Shown in pieces: positions 25,197 through 39,728 of a stretch of DNA of 64,000 nt; within the stretch, counting starts at the first letter, position 1; each line of letters begins with the position of its first letter. A program made the position numbers and the translations under genes. Source of the DNA: Octopus vulgaris. Taxonomy: Eukaryota. The stretch covers positions 54,064,001-54,128,000 of the forward strand of contig OX597833.1 in assembly GCA_951406725.2 (NCBI GenBank), in the 5' to 3' direction. The notes under the pieces were generated by a model. It did not search any database. It saw only the letters and a list, made by a program, of their open reading frames with translations, and was not told the origin of the DNA.

Positions 25197-26167
25197 CTCT
25201 CTATGGCAAATACCCAAAGAGAGCGAATAATGCAGATATCGACAAAGCCCTGACCCATCAATGGCTAATGGCCTCTGGCTTAAAATCTGAAACAGAGGGG
25301 TTTATCATAGCAGCTCAAGATCAATGCCTACCAACAAGAAACTACCAGGCCAACATATTAAAGATCAGAAGCAGTCCAACGTGTCGTGTATGCTAGCAAC
25401 AAAATGAAACCATTGACCATGTGGTCTCCAAGTGCAGTCTTCTAGCGCCTACAGAGTATCTCAACAGGCACGATAGAGCTGCACAATATATTCACTGGGT
25501 AATCTGTAAAAACCTGGATTTGCCCCATGAAAAAAACTGGTGGGAACACAAACCACCCCCAGTGCTTGAAAATGACCACATCTCACTCCTCTGGAACTTC
25601 ACCATTCAAACTGACAGGAAGATAGATGCAAATAGGCCAGACATCATATTGAAAGACTTCAAACAAAGAACATGCCTCCTCATTGATATGACTGTCCCAA
25701 TCGATATAAACGTATCTGTCAGGACCTACCAAAAACTGAGCAAATATAAAGATCTTGAAATAGAAATCAGTAAAATGTGGAAGCTGAAGACTAAAACAAT
25801 ACCTGTTGTCATAGGTGCCCTGGGAATGATAGCTAAAGGGGCTGATAGCTACCTAACTCAGATACCAGGAAACCCAAAAATGGCAGAAGTTCAAAAGATA
25901 GTGCTCATGGGAACTGCTCATATCCTACGCAAAATACTCTCTATGTAACCTCAAGGTTTAAAACAACCATAATTTTCGGTTTAAAAAAAAAAAAAAAAAA
26001 AAAAAACTTTTTTTTTAGACATTCATTAGTACAACATCCCCACCCCCCAAATATATGGCACACTAGGCATAACAACAACATGAACTTCCAACCCTGTTGT
26101 CTCTTGAGGTCTCTGGGTGAGACTTGGAGCCAACTTGTACAAATATAAAGCAAAAGTCAAACATAGA
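25195..26167 (+). mobile_element. Dong/R4-clade non-LTR retrotransposon 3' end (CCHC knuckle + restriction-like endonuclease), 5'-truncated, in (TAA)n
   Basis: ..ETEGFIIAAQDQ..CRVC*..ETIDHVVSKC..RHD..NRPDII..LIDMTVP..KLSKYKDL; one in-frame TAG; (TAA)n on both flanks, the known Dong target. Confidence 0.9.
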
Positions 26168-26486
26168 ATAATAATAATAATAATAATAAAATCTTTTAAG
26201 ACAGTCACAATCGAAACTGAATATTATTTGGAAAAAAATAAAGAAGATAATAAAAAAAGACTCGTTCACGGTCTTTTTTATTTTACAAGGATTAAATGTT
26301 GAATTTATTTATTTTGGACTTGTTAGGATTTATGAAGTCTTCAGATGAATGAATTTGAATAGAAAGGAAAGTTTTTCACTGAATTTCCTGAAAGGAAGGT
26401 TTTCACTGAATTTTCACTGAATTTCCTGATTAGAAAATAAATAGAAAATGAGAACTGGAAAAATAAGTTTTTGCTTTTGATAAATG

Positions 26487-27003
<517 letters not shown>

Positions 27004-27316
27004 CCATATTTCAGAGGAAAATTCGATTTCAACGAATTCCGGTGTTGCCTTTTATATCATCAAAAACAGTAATAATGTGAATAGCAACGCACTTATTTCG
27101 GAAAGCAAGAACAATTTAATTAATCAAGCATCTCTTCCTTTCTACCGATAAGAAATAAACGTTGGATCAAAGAGTAACGAACGTTGGATCAATCATTACC
27201 TGCTTAAATTTACCCGAAAAAAACAAGACAGAAAAAAACCCAGAAAGGGGAGGCAACTCTATATTTAACAGAATGAACAAATTTTGTTTCTATTTCAAAT
27301 AATTAAAATATGCCAA

Positions 27317-28120
27317 AAGGCGGCGAGATGGCAGAAACGTTAGCACTCTGGGCGAAATGCTAAGCGGTATTTCGTCTGCCGTTACGTTCTGAGTTCAAAT
27401 TCCGCCGAGGCCGACTTTGCCTTTCATCCTTTCAGGGTCGATAAATTAAGTACCAGTTACGCACTGAGGTCGATGTAATCGACTTAATCCGTTTGTCTGC
27501 CCTTGTTTGTCCCCTCTGTGTTTAGCCCCTTGTGGGTAGTAAAGAAATAGGTATTTCGTCTGCCACTACGTTCTGAGTTCAAATTCCGCTGAGGCCGACT
27601 TTGCCTTTCATCCTTTCAGGGTCGATAAATTAAGTACCAGTTACGCACTGAGGTCGATGTAATCGACTTAATCCGTTTGTCTGCCCTTGTTTGTCCCCTC
27701 TGTGTTTAGCCCCTTGTGGGTAGTAAAGAAATAGATATTTCGTCTGCCACTACGTTCTGAGTTCAAATTCCTCCAAGGTCGACTTTGCCTTTCATCCTTT
27801 CGGGGTCAATAAATTAAGTACCAGCTACACACTGGAGTCGATGTAACCGACTTAATCCCTTTGTCTATCCTCGTTTGTTCCCTCTCTGTTTAGCCCCTTG
27901 TGGGCAATAAAGAAATACGAATCGTTAGCAATCAGGACAAAATACTTAGCGACATTTCGTCCGCCCTTACGTTCTGAGTTCAAATTGCACCGAAATCGAC
28001 TTTGCTTTTTATCCTTTCAGGGTCGATAATATCAGCACCAGTTGATCATTATGGTTAGAAATAATCGACTTAACCTCCCTCTCCCGAAATTGATGGCCTT
28101 GTGCCAAAATTTGAAACCAA
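27317..28120 (+). mobile_element. SINE family B: one head plus tandem ~185-bp body repeats (3 full, 1 diverged)
   Basis: tatttcgtctgcc..gagttcaaattcc..gccccttgtggg..aaagaaata repeated. Confidence 0.9.
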
Positions 28121-28439
28121 TTAGAATACGAAAAAATTAAGCTGGCTTTTGGTAGGCACAATGATAATTCCCACGGTAATGCTGCGAGTGTGTTGGCTTG
28201 CTTTAGTAGGTTCCGTCGAACCTTGTGGTGTCTGACCAATTGAGGCACCTGGTGTTGAATTGATGTTTTTCCTTCTTTCTACCACGTTTACCTTTTCTGT
28301 CTCCCTTTTTCTCTTCCTTTCTTCACTCATGTTTGTAGATTCTTCGGTTGTGGATTTGTATTTTAATGTGGCTTTGTATCATATATGTAGAGAAAACCTG
28401 TGGAAGAGGTGGTTCCAGGAAGACATGGAATGAGGTTTG

Positions 28440-28733
28440 TTTTGTTTGTTCCTTCTCAAACCATGCCTGGCTCATAAGGGCCGGTTTCCTGGTTTCTTGG
28501 CGTATAGGTTCCCCACCTGGATGGGATGCCGGTCCATCGCAGGTGAGCTGCAAGATGCAGGAGGAAAGGGTGAGAGAAAGTTGTGGCAAAAGAGTCAGCA
28601 GAAGTTCGCCATTACTTTCTGCCGGAGCCACGTGGAGCTTAGGTGCTTTTGCTCATAAACACACATATCACCCAGTCTGAGATTTGAACCTGCGATCCCT
28701 CGACCGCGAGTTCGCTGCTCTAACCACTAGGCC
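28440..28733 (-). mobile_element. tRNA-derived SINE (family C head, different tail) inserted in an RTE fragment
   Basis: Near-identical to 36435-36736; splits the RTE motif RKTWNEV|VKHDL. Confidence 0.85.
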
Positions 28734-29520
28734 ATGGTGAAGCATGATCTTTGAATGCTGGGAAGAGGTAGGCCCAGGAAGATATGGGACGACATGGTGA
28801 AGCAAGGTCTTCAAATGTTGGGAAGAGATAGACCCAGGAAGGCATGGGACGACATGGTGAAGCACAATCGTCGAATGTTTGGAAGAGATAGACCCAGGAA
28901 GACATGGGACGACACGGTGAAGTACGATCTTTGAATGTTGGGAAGAGATGGTTCCAGGAAGATATAGGATGACATAGTGAAGTATAATCTTTGAATGTTG
29001 GGAAGAGATAGACCCAGGAAGGCATGGGATGACATGGTGAAGCAAGATTTTCGAATGTTTGGCAGTGATGGACCCAGCAAGATACGGGACGACATGGAGA
29101 AGGATGATCTTCGAATGTTGAGAAGAGATGGACCCAGGAAGACATGGGATGACATAGTGAAGTACGATCTTCGAATGTTGGGAAGAGATAGACCCAGAAA
29201 GGCATGGGACGACATGGTGAAGTACGATCTTCGAATGTTGGGAAGAGATAGACCCAGGAAGGCATGGGACGACATGGTGAAGCACGATCATTGAATGTTG
29301 GGAAGAGGCAGACCTGGGAAGACATGGGGCAACATGGTGAAGCATGATCTTCGAATGTTGGGAAGGGGTAGACCCAGGAAGACATGGGATGACATGGTAA
29401 AGCATAATCTTCGAATGTTGGGAAAAGGCAGTCTCAGGAAAACAGGGGACGACATGGTGAAGCACGATCTTTGAATGTTTGGAAGTGATGGACCCAGGAA
29501 GACATGAGATGAGGTGGTGA
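28734..29520 (+). repeat. 13 x 60-bp minisatellite derived from the RTE ORF C-terminal motif GRGRPRKTWDEVVKHDLRML
   Basis: Exact 60-bp period; continues into RTE ORF end and UTR to ~29850. Confidence 0.92.
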
Positions 29521-29917
29521 AGCGTGGTCTTTGAATATCAGGTCTCATGGAGATGATGACAAGCAATCAAGACCTTTGGCGATTTGCTGTGCTTGGGATG
29601 ACTTGTCAAGCCAAGTGAAATCCTAGTCATGGCCAGTGCTGGGGACACATAAAAGGCACCCATGCCAGTGACACGTAAAAGGAATCTACTACACTCTTGG
29701 AGCGGTTGGTGTCAGGAAAGCATCCAGCCCTTGAAACCAAGCCAGATCAGACTGGAACCTGGTACAGCTCTCTGGCTTAGCAATTCCAGTCAAACTATCA
29801 AACCCATTGCCAGCATAGAAAGCAAATACAAAATGATGATGATGATGATGATACATCATATACAAATGTGTTATATTCCAATAAAAAGTTCACTTTTGCC
29901 ATTCTGTAAAATAAACT

Positions 29918-30080
29918 AACAGGAGTGGCTGTGTGGTAAGTAGCCTGCTTGCCAACCACACGGTTCTGGGTTCAGTACCACTGTGTGGCAACTTGGGCAA
30001 GTGTCTTCTGCTATAGCCCCGGGCCGACCAATGCCTTGTGAGTGGATTTGGTAGACGGAAACTGAAAGAAGCCTGTCATA

Positions 30081-30129
<49 letters not shown>

Positions 30130-30331
30130 TCGTGTATCTGTGTTTGTCCTCCTGGCATTGCTTGACAACAAATGCTGGTGTGTTTATGTCCCCATAACTT
30201 AGCGGTTTGGCAAAAGAGACCGATAGAATAAGTACTGGGCTTACAAAGAATAAGTCCCGGGGTCAAGTTGCTTGACTAAAGGCGGTGCTCCAGCATGGCC
30301 GCAGTCAACTGACTGAAACAAGTAAAAGAGT
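29918..30331 (+). mobile_element. Full-length SINE family A
   Basis: Homology to 8827-9228. Confidence 0.9.
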
Positions 30332-30620
30332 ATTCCGGATATGTTTTGGTCTTGTAAAATAGTTTGGGTTGCTTTGATGCTGCCATAGTTTAATAAAGTT
30401 GCACTGAAATGGCTTCTTTAAATTTCATTCTTCAAATTGGCATTAAGGTTAAGATTTTGCTTTCTTTGTGGCAAGAATTTAGATAGCAGCACATAGAGGT
30501 TGCGATGTTCATGCCCATCCCAAGCACTTTACACCCTCTCAAGTTTCACATACACATACGCATCCACATGCTCATATACATAAAAATACACATACTTACA
30601 TACACACGTGTATGCACATA

Positions 30621-30846
30621 TATTTCTTTACTACCCACAAGGGGCTAAACACAGAGGGGACAAACAAGGACAGACAAAGGGATTTAAGTCAATTACATCG
30701 ACCCCAGTGCATAACTGGTACTTAATTTATCGACCCCGACAGGATGAAAGGCAAAGTCGACCTCGGCGGAATTTGAACTCGGAACGTAACGACAGACGAA
30801 ATACGGCTACGCATTTCACCCGGCGTGCTAACGTTTCTGCCAGCTC
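30621..30846 (-). mobile_element. SINE family B with TSD cacgtgtatgcacata
   Basis: Direct repeat at 30605 and 30846. Confidence 0.85.
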
Positions 30847-32076
30847 ACGTGTATGCACATAGGCATACTGGTACACACATTTACATGCTCACATGCACAC
30901 ACAAACATGCACACTCACACACACACATGCATGCACATACACATTCACACATATACACACTCAGTCACATGCTCAGCATATATTTATAAACCAAACATAA
31001 ATATAGGCACAGGCATGGCTGTGTGGTAAGAAGCTTGCTTCCCAACCACATGGTTCAGGGTTCAGTCCTATTGTGTGGCACCTTGGGCAAGTGCCTTCTA
31101 CTCTAGCCTTGAGCTGACCAAAGACTTGCAAGTGGAAGACTGAAACTGAAAGAAGCCAATTGTATATATATATATATATATATAAGTCCAGCAACAATTT
31201 AGATTCAAATGAATATGGTACTTAATTTAGATGCACCAGAATTTTGTATGGTGTTATCCATAAAAATTTGCGGGGTGATTATAATAAAAAATAAGCAACA
31301 AGAATGACTCCAGTAATTTGGTACAATTGTTTCGCACTACATCATTTTATTAAAAGTTGTAAGTATTACAGCAGATTTAAGATGTTGAATGCTCATCAGC
31401 CAATTATGTAGATTTGTGTTGCCATTGATGCAAACACTTACTTATATTGATACCAAGCCATATTGAATTATTCATATTTAAATTAAAAATGTGATTGAAA
31501 TCTTGTTACAGCGTGAATGACAATGAGATTTCAGTTGGTTAACACTGACTTGATGCCTGCCAATATTTAAACTAATAGATGTTTTAATTCTTATGCTCGT
31601 GCAGGAAGGGTGATGTAAATTCCCAACCAATGGATTTTGCCCCTGCAGCATTAGTTTTGGAGGGAAAAAGTAAAGCCAGATAATTTTCAAATGCACCTTG
31701 TACTGTTTATACAACATGTTTTCCTTTCCTGAAATAAAAAATAGCATCAAATGGCAAAAATCTTCCTCCATTGTCATTTTCAATAAAGTGTCCACTTCAA
31801 TGATATAGAAAGATTTGTTGAAATATTGCCTTTCAGGAAATATGTGTTATATGCTTGTGCCATATGAAAAAAAAAAATAGGTGTTTAAATGCTACCAAGT
31901 GAAAAATGGTGCAAACCCTCACCCATGTTTGTGTGTGGGGGTGTATATATGATGTGCACTTTTTTTTATACAAAATTAAGGATAAAACCACTTTAATGAT
32001 TTTATCAAGTGGCCAGCATGAAATAAAAACCATACAGGTTACAATTTATACTAATTTATAATTATATAATATAATT

Positions 32077-32234
32077 ATATTAAAGGGTGTAGATAACCCC
32101 CACCAACACGCTGGAAATAGATGTCAAATGGTTCTAAAAACCACATTGTGTAGATGGAGTGTAGACGTGGTTTTTAGAGCCATTTGGCGTCATTTTCTGG
32201 CGTGTTGGTGGAATTTATCTGCATCCTTTAATAT
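32077..32234 (+). repeat. Imperfect ~68-bp-arm hairpin
   Basis: ccaccaacacgctggaaa..aaaaaccac / gtggttttt..ttctggcgtgttggtgg. Confidence 0.85.
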
Positions 32235-32271
32235 ATATTATAAGTTAGTATGTATATATGATGTGTGTATA

Positions 32272-32665
32272 GGTGCAGGAGTGGCTGAGTGGTAAGAAGC
32301 CTGCTTACCAACCACATGGTTCTGGGTTCAGACCCACTGCATGGCACCTTGAGCAAGTGTCTTCTACTATAGCCTTGGCCTTGTGAAGCCTTGTGAATGG
32401 ATTTGGTAGATGGAAACTGAAAGAGGCCCATTGTATTTATATGTTTGTGTATGTTTGTAATTTGTGTCTGTGTTTGTTCCCCTACCATCACTTGACAACC
32501 GATGTTGGTGTGTTTACATCCCTGTTACTTAGCGGTTTGGCAAAAAGTGACCGATAGAATAAGTACTAGGCTTACAAAGAATAAGTTCTGGGGTCAATTT
32601 GTTTGACTAAAGGTGGTGCTCCAGCATGTCCACAGTCAAATACCTGAAACAAAAGAATAAAAGAA
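32272..32665 (+). mobile_element. SINE family A
   Basis: Homology to 8827-9228. Confidence 0.85.
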
Positions 32666-32761
32666 TATGTACACACACACACATATATGTACTGTTTATA
32701 CGTATACCTATTTGTATATATATATATATATACATATATATACCTATTTGTATATATATAT

Positions 32762-33093
32762 CCCGTCTGGCCTCCGTGGCGGTGGCACGTAAAAGCACCA
32801 TCCGTTCGTGTCCGCTGCCAGCCTCGCCTGGCCCCCGTGCCGGTGGCACGTAAAAGCACCATCCGTTTGTGGCCGTTTGCCAGCTCCGTCTGGCACCTGT
32901 GCGGGTGGCACGTAAAAAGCACCCACTACACTCACGGAGTGGTTGGCGTTAGGAAGGGCATCCAGCTGTAGAAACACTGCCAGATCTGACTGGGCCTGAT
33001 GCAGTCTTCTGGCTTCCCAGACCCCAGTTGAACCGTCCAACCCATGCTAGCATGGAAAGCGGACGTTAAACGATGATGATGATGATGATGATG

Positions 33094-33094
<1 letters not shown>
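32762..33094 (+). mobile_element. RTE 3'UTR with internal subrepeats and (GAT)n tail
   Basis: Homology to 3639-3922 and 57830-58236. Confidence 0.8.
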
Positions 33095-33125
<31 letters not shown>

Positions 33126-33849
33126 GTGTGTGTGTGTGTGTGTGTGTGTCTGTTTGTTCTCCCAACCATCACATGACAACCAATGCTTGTGTGTTTATGT
33201 CCCCAGAACTTAGCAGTTCAGTAAAAGCAACCGATAGAATAAGGCTTACAAATGACAAGTCCTGGGGTTGATTTGTTCAACTAAAACTTTTTAAGGTGGT
33301 GCTCCAGCATGGCCACAGTCAAATGACTGAAACAAGTAAAAGAATGAAGGAATAAAACAACAGTTTCAACATCATCATGAACCAACAATGGAGGCCTCGA
33401 CATGGTAATTGGATCTGCTAGAAATAGCCACTATATCCCATCTCAAGTCATACTCTACCATTCTCAATATAGAAGGATACATTGAATAATGTAATCCCTG
33501 ATATGTAAACTACAACTTTTTCTTAGACTGTTTTATTAGTATTGGTACTAAGCCAACTATTTACTCTTTTAGTAGTCTTGGTAATTTGTCTATGGTCAGA
33601 GTGGAGCACTACACTGATAATATTAAGAGCAGATTATGATCACAACCTGCTATTTATAAATTTATAAATGTTTACCTTAGTTCAGACCAAATGTTTATAA
33701 AATTTAATTACAACAGTTTTAATGCTTGAAACATAGTAAGAAGGAGGAGGAAAAAGAAAAGAAGAAGGGGGGAAAAAAGAGGAAATGAAGGAGGAGGATA
33801 CAAAGATGAAGGCTAGGAGTAGGAGGGAGAGAAGCAAAAAAAAGGGAAG

Positions 33850-34343
33850 TGCTCCAGCATGGCCACAGTCCAATGACTGAAACAAGTAAAAGAGTAAAAG
33901 AGTCCCGAGATTGATTTGTTTGACTAAAACCCTTCTGGGCAGTACTCCAGCATGGCCACAGTCCAATGACTGAAACAAGTAAAAGAGTCCCGAGATTGAT
34001 TTGTTTGACTAAAACCTTTCTGGGCAGTACTCCAGCATGGCCACAGTCCAATGACTGAAACAAGTAAAAGAGTAAAAGAGTCCCGAGATTGATTTATTTG
34101 ACTAAAACCCTTCTGGGCAGTACTCCAGCATGGCCACAGTCCAATGACTGAAACAAGTGAAAGAGTAAAAGAGTCCCGAGATTGATTTGTTTGACTAGAA
34201 ACCCTTCTGGGCAATACTCCAGCATGGCCACAGTCCAATGACTGAAACAAGTAAAAGAGTCCCGAGATTGATTTTTTTTGACTAAAATCCTTCTGGGCAG
34301 TACTCCAGCATGGCCACAGTCCAATGGCTGAAACAAGTGAAAG
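33850..34343 (+). repeat. Tandem array, 6 x ~86-94 bp, of the SINE A 3' tail
   Basis: ctccagcatggccacagtccaatgactgaaacaagt..gagtcccgagattg repeated. Confidence 0.9.
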
Positions 34344-35051
34344 ACGAAAGATAAAACATTTTCCCCCCAACACTGTAGCTTGACCGTTCAAGGCACATTT
34401 GCAGAATTGCATTTGGAGCATGAAAATATCAAGATCAATAATTGTTGAATAAGATTCAAGCCATCATTCACTCAGATTTGCAGCCCAGAATCCAACTGAA
34501 AGTCATTGTGGGAGGAAGATCTGAATCACTTTAGGTTTGCTTAAATCTTATACAGGAGAAGTAGAAAATTCTGTAATAAACTGTTTACCGTATGTAAATC
34601 GTCTCATAATGAATGGTATAAGAATGGTTATTTCCACTGATCTTAGAAAAGGAGACATTACACGTATTGCTTTACAGATGGACATTTGCGTTGAGAGGAT
34701 CCTATGGCTTGCGTGTTATATTATATTCTGACCTGACTTATGTCTGATATTACAAATCTGGTGTTCAATTGTGAGATAAGCTTCAGATGTCTGAATTAGA
34801 TAGGACCCCAAAGAACCTTTACAGTCATATTAAATTTCCTTCGTATTCATGGTAAGTGGTTGTATCTCATCTATTATACTGAAACATCAAGGACTTTATC
34901 ATGATTGTGGACCAACCACAATAATGATTACTGTGTGATATATTAGATTTAATAACTCCCAGTGTGTTACCATAATCTCTAACTGATATCCTTGACATGA
35001 TATCATTGTAAAAATTGTTTCATATAATGATCCCTAATATTTCAGCTGTGA

Positions 35052-36100
35052 AAGGCAGTGAGCTGGCAGAAATGTTAGCACACCGGGCGAAATACTTTAT
35101 GGTATTTCATCTGTCTTTACGTTCTGTGTTCAAATTCTGCTGAGGTCGACTTTGACTTTCGTTCTTTCGGGGTCGATTAAATAAGTACCAGTTATGCACT
35201 GGGGTTGATGTAATTTACTTAATCTCTTTGTCTGTCCTTGTTTGTCCCCTTTATGTCTAGCCCCTTGTGGGCAATAAAGAAATAAGAAATAAGAAACATT
35301 AGCATGCCAGGCGAAATGCTTACTCTTTACTCTTTACTCTTTTACTTGTTTCAGTCATTTGACTGCGGCCATGCTGGAGCACCGCCTTCTAGTCGAGTAA
35401 ATCGACCCCAGGACTTATTCTTTGTAAGCCTAGTACTTATTCTATCAGTCTTTTTTGCTGAACCGCTAAGTTACAGGAAGTAAACACACCACCATCGGTT
35501 GTCAAGCAATGGTGGGGGGACAAACACAGACACACAAACATATACATACATATATATATATACATATATACGACGGGCTTCTTCCAGTTTCCGTCAACCA
35601 AATCCACTCACAAGGCTTTGGTCAGCCCGAGGCTATAGCTGAAGACACTTGCCCAAGGTGCCACGCAGTGGGAATGAACCCGGAACCATGTGGTTGGTAA
35701 GCAAGCTTCTTACCACACAGCCACTCCTTAGTGATATTTTGTCTGTCTTTACATTCTGTGTTCAAATTCTGCCAAGGTTAACTTTGCCTTTCATCCTTTT
35801 GGGGGTCGATAAATTAAGTACCAGTTGCGTACTGGGCTGATCTAATTGACTGGCCCCCACCTCCCCCAAAATTTCAGGCCTTGTGCCTAGAGTAGAAAAG
35901 AATTGTTTGCAAGCAAGGTAAAATGCTTAGCAGCATTTTGCCATCTTTATGTTCTGAGTTCAAATTCTGTTGAGGTTGGCTTTGCTTTTCATCCTTTCAA
36001 GGTCAATAAAATAAGTACCAGTTGAATACTGGGGTCGATGTAACTAACTTGACCCCTTCCTCTAAACTGCAGACCTTGTGCCAAAATTTGAAACTAATAT
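35052..36100. mobile_element. SINE B tandem (+) interrupted by a full SINE A (-, 35325-35728)
   Basis: Homology to both families; SINE B sequence resumes after 35728. Confidence 0.8.
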
Positions 36101-36434
36101 TTCAGCCATGAATTTAAATATTTCACTAAGTACCATACTTAATGGCATATAAGATGCAATTTTTTCCTCCAGAGAATGTCTCACCCGCCACTCCGGGTCA
36201 TGCACATCAGATTGGATTGAATTGAGCAGCTCATGTTCAGTCCACTGCAGGATGAAGGCCTCATCCAGTGCTGGATTAACCATTAAGCAGTATAAGCATG
36301 TATTTAGGGCATGAAGGGAAGAGGGAGTGCCACAGAAATAGTAAATGGTTTATGGTACAACAAGGATATTAGATATATTCCCACAGGTTTTAATAAGCTC
36401 AAAGATTAGTTGCAGCTCAACCCCAATAAATAAT

Positions 36435-36736
36435 TTTGTTTGTTTGTACCTTCTCGAGCCATGCCTGGCTCATAAGGGCCGGTTTCCTGGTTTCTTGGCG
36501 TATAGGTTTCCCACCTGGACGGGACGCCAGTCCATCACAGGTGAGCTGCAAGAGGAAAGAATGAGAGAAAGTTGTGGTGAAAGAGTCAGCAGAAGTTTAC
36601 CATTACCTTCTGCTGGAGCTGCGTGGAGCTTAGGTGTTTCGCTCATAAACACGCACATCGCCCGGTCTGAGATTCGAACCCACGATCCCTCAACCGCGAG
36701 TCCGCTGCTCAAACCATTAGGCCATGTGCCTCCACA
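36435..36736 (-). mobile_element. tRNA-derived SINE, same family as 28440-28733
   Basis: Near-identical copy. Confidence 0.85.
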
Positions 36737-37426
36737 ATAAATAATACCTTCTTATGATAAGTAATCTCAATTGAATCTCAAGTAAGGTGATTCAGTCAAA
36801 GATCAGCGTAATAATGGTAAATTGAATCCTGTTTTTGTCTTGGAATTGCAATTATAAATTATCGTCTTAGACTGTCAAAACTTGTGATGGATTCCTGTAA
36901 TAGCATAATAGGAAATTTTCTTGTTTTCTTTTCGTTTCTTTTCGTTTTGTTTTTTTGTTAAAACAAGTGAAATTCCTCAACTGGAATGACCTATCTCTCT
37001 CAAAAAGCATTTCTCTCAAAAAGTATTACAAAAGTATTGAATTTCCATCAATTTGAAACAAATTCAATAAAAGAGAGAGAGAAAGAAAGTGCGAAAGGTA
37101 GAGAGAGAGGGGGTGAAAGAGTTAGGTGGGGGTGTGGAAAAAATAATTAAAATTCCAGTTTAAATGAAAAATGGTTGTGGAACTGTAAATTCCATAGACA
37201 CTACTGACCAACCATTATTTTGTTACAAGATCTGAAAGAATTGCAAAAAAACCTAAATCATCGAATCCATTATTTTGTTAGATTTAATTGAATGTTAAAT
37301 GTTGATTTTAATGTATTTTTGCTGAATGACTTTGAAGGTGGTCTTTGATTACAAACATATTTCAATGCTACGCGATAGAAGCAGTGATAATAACATAGAT
37401 TGAGAATTTAATTAGAGATTACATAT

Positions 37427-38820
<1,394 letters not shown>

Positions 38821-39169
38821 GCATATGCAGGTTCAAAATTAATGTACAAGTACATCTCATAAAATTAGAATCTTAAGAAAAAGACGATGGATATTCTAAA
38901 AGTTATTAATTTGAAGCATAAAATAACAAAAGCTGTGACAGTAAATGCTTCATATTAGACTGTTAGGCTGTGAACCATCTCACTATTTTCTAGATTTATT
39001 AACTGTGGAGTTTAACAGTACAGATACACCTAAGAATACATGTAAGTATGTGAATTCTGGCGTGAGGGAACATAGTTTAAAGGTTAGTGTGTTGCACTCA
39101 CGATCATGTAACTGGGGTTTCTTTTCTTGGTTTGGGTGCTATATCACCTCACCTGGAATTTGCATCATC

Positions 39170-39728
39170 GGTCTGGAACCACTATCAATCGTCTGGAAGC
39201 CGTTCAGTGACGTGCAATCAAAAGAATACCCTCCATCAGGCATTTGCCATATTCTGAACGCCTACTTCCCTGGGCATGGACACATTGAAACTCCAACGTC
39301 TGGCAGCTGACTTGGCAGACACCCATAAAATTATCAACCATCTTAGAAACAATAACTCTGAGCACCTTTTCAAACTCCACCCATCTAACACCCGTGGACA
39401 TATTTACAAAGTCAGAAAACAGCACAGCTCCCATGACTTTCGGAAACATTTTTTTCACGCTGAGAGTTGCTGAAGCATAGAACAAACTGCCAGCATCAGT
39501 TGTTAGTTGTTGGAGCACTGCATCCTTCAAAACTTCCATGCTTTCTGAGATTCGCCAACACTACACCTGATTTTCTCCCCTCCATACACACACAAGCATG
39601 TATCTGACTCATAGATTGTTCGCTTTCCAGACATTTGTACATTAGTGCATATACTCTATATGCACTTTCTGACAAGTTGTGGTGCACCTGAACACTGTAT
39701 ACAATAATTTCATTATTATTATTATTAT
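39170..39728 (+). mobile_element. CR1-clade LINE 3' end with (ATT)n tail
   Basis: ORF 39276-39473 MDTLKLQRLAADLADTHKII..NTRGH..RKHFF. Confidence 0.9.

Noticed and set aside
25421-25948. 175-aa ORF as a host nuclease gene
   Set aside because: It is the REL domain of a truncated Dong/R4 retrotransposon with an upstream in-frame stop
28734-29520. CRISPR-like regular array
   Set aside because: Whole 60-bp units are homologous with no unique spacers; RTE-derived; eukaryotic context with no cas genes
31478-31795. 105-aa minus ORF and other unique-looking stretches (10200-10480, 34350-35050) as host exons
   Set aside because: No recognisable protein motif or convincing paired splice sites
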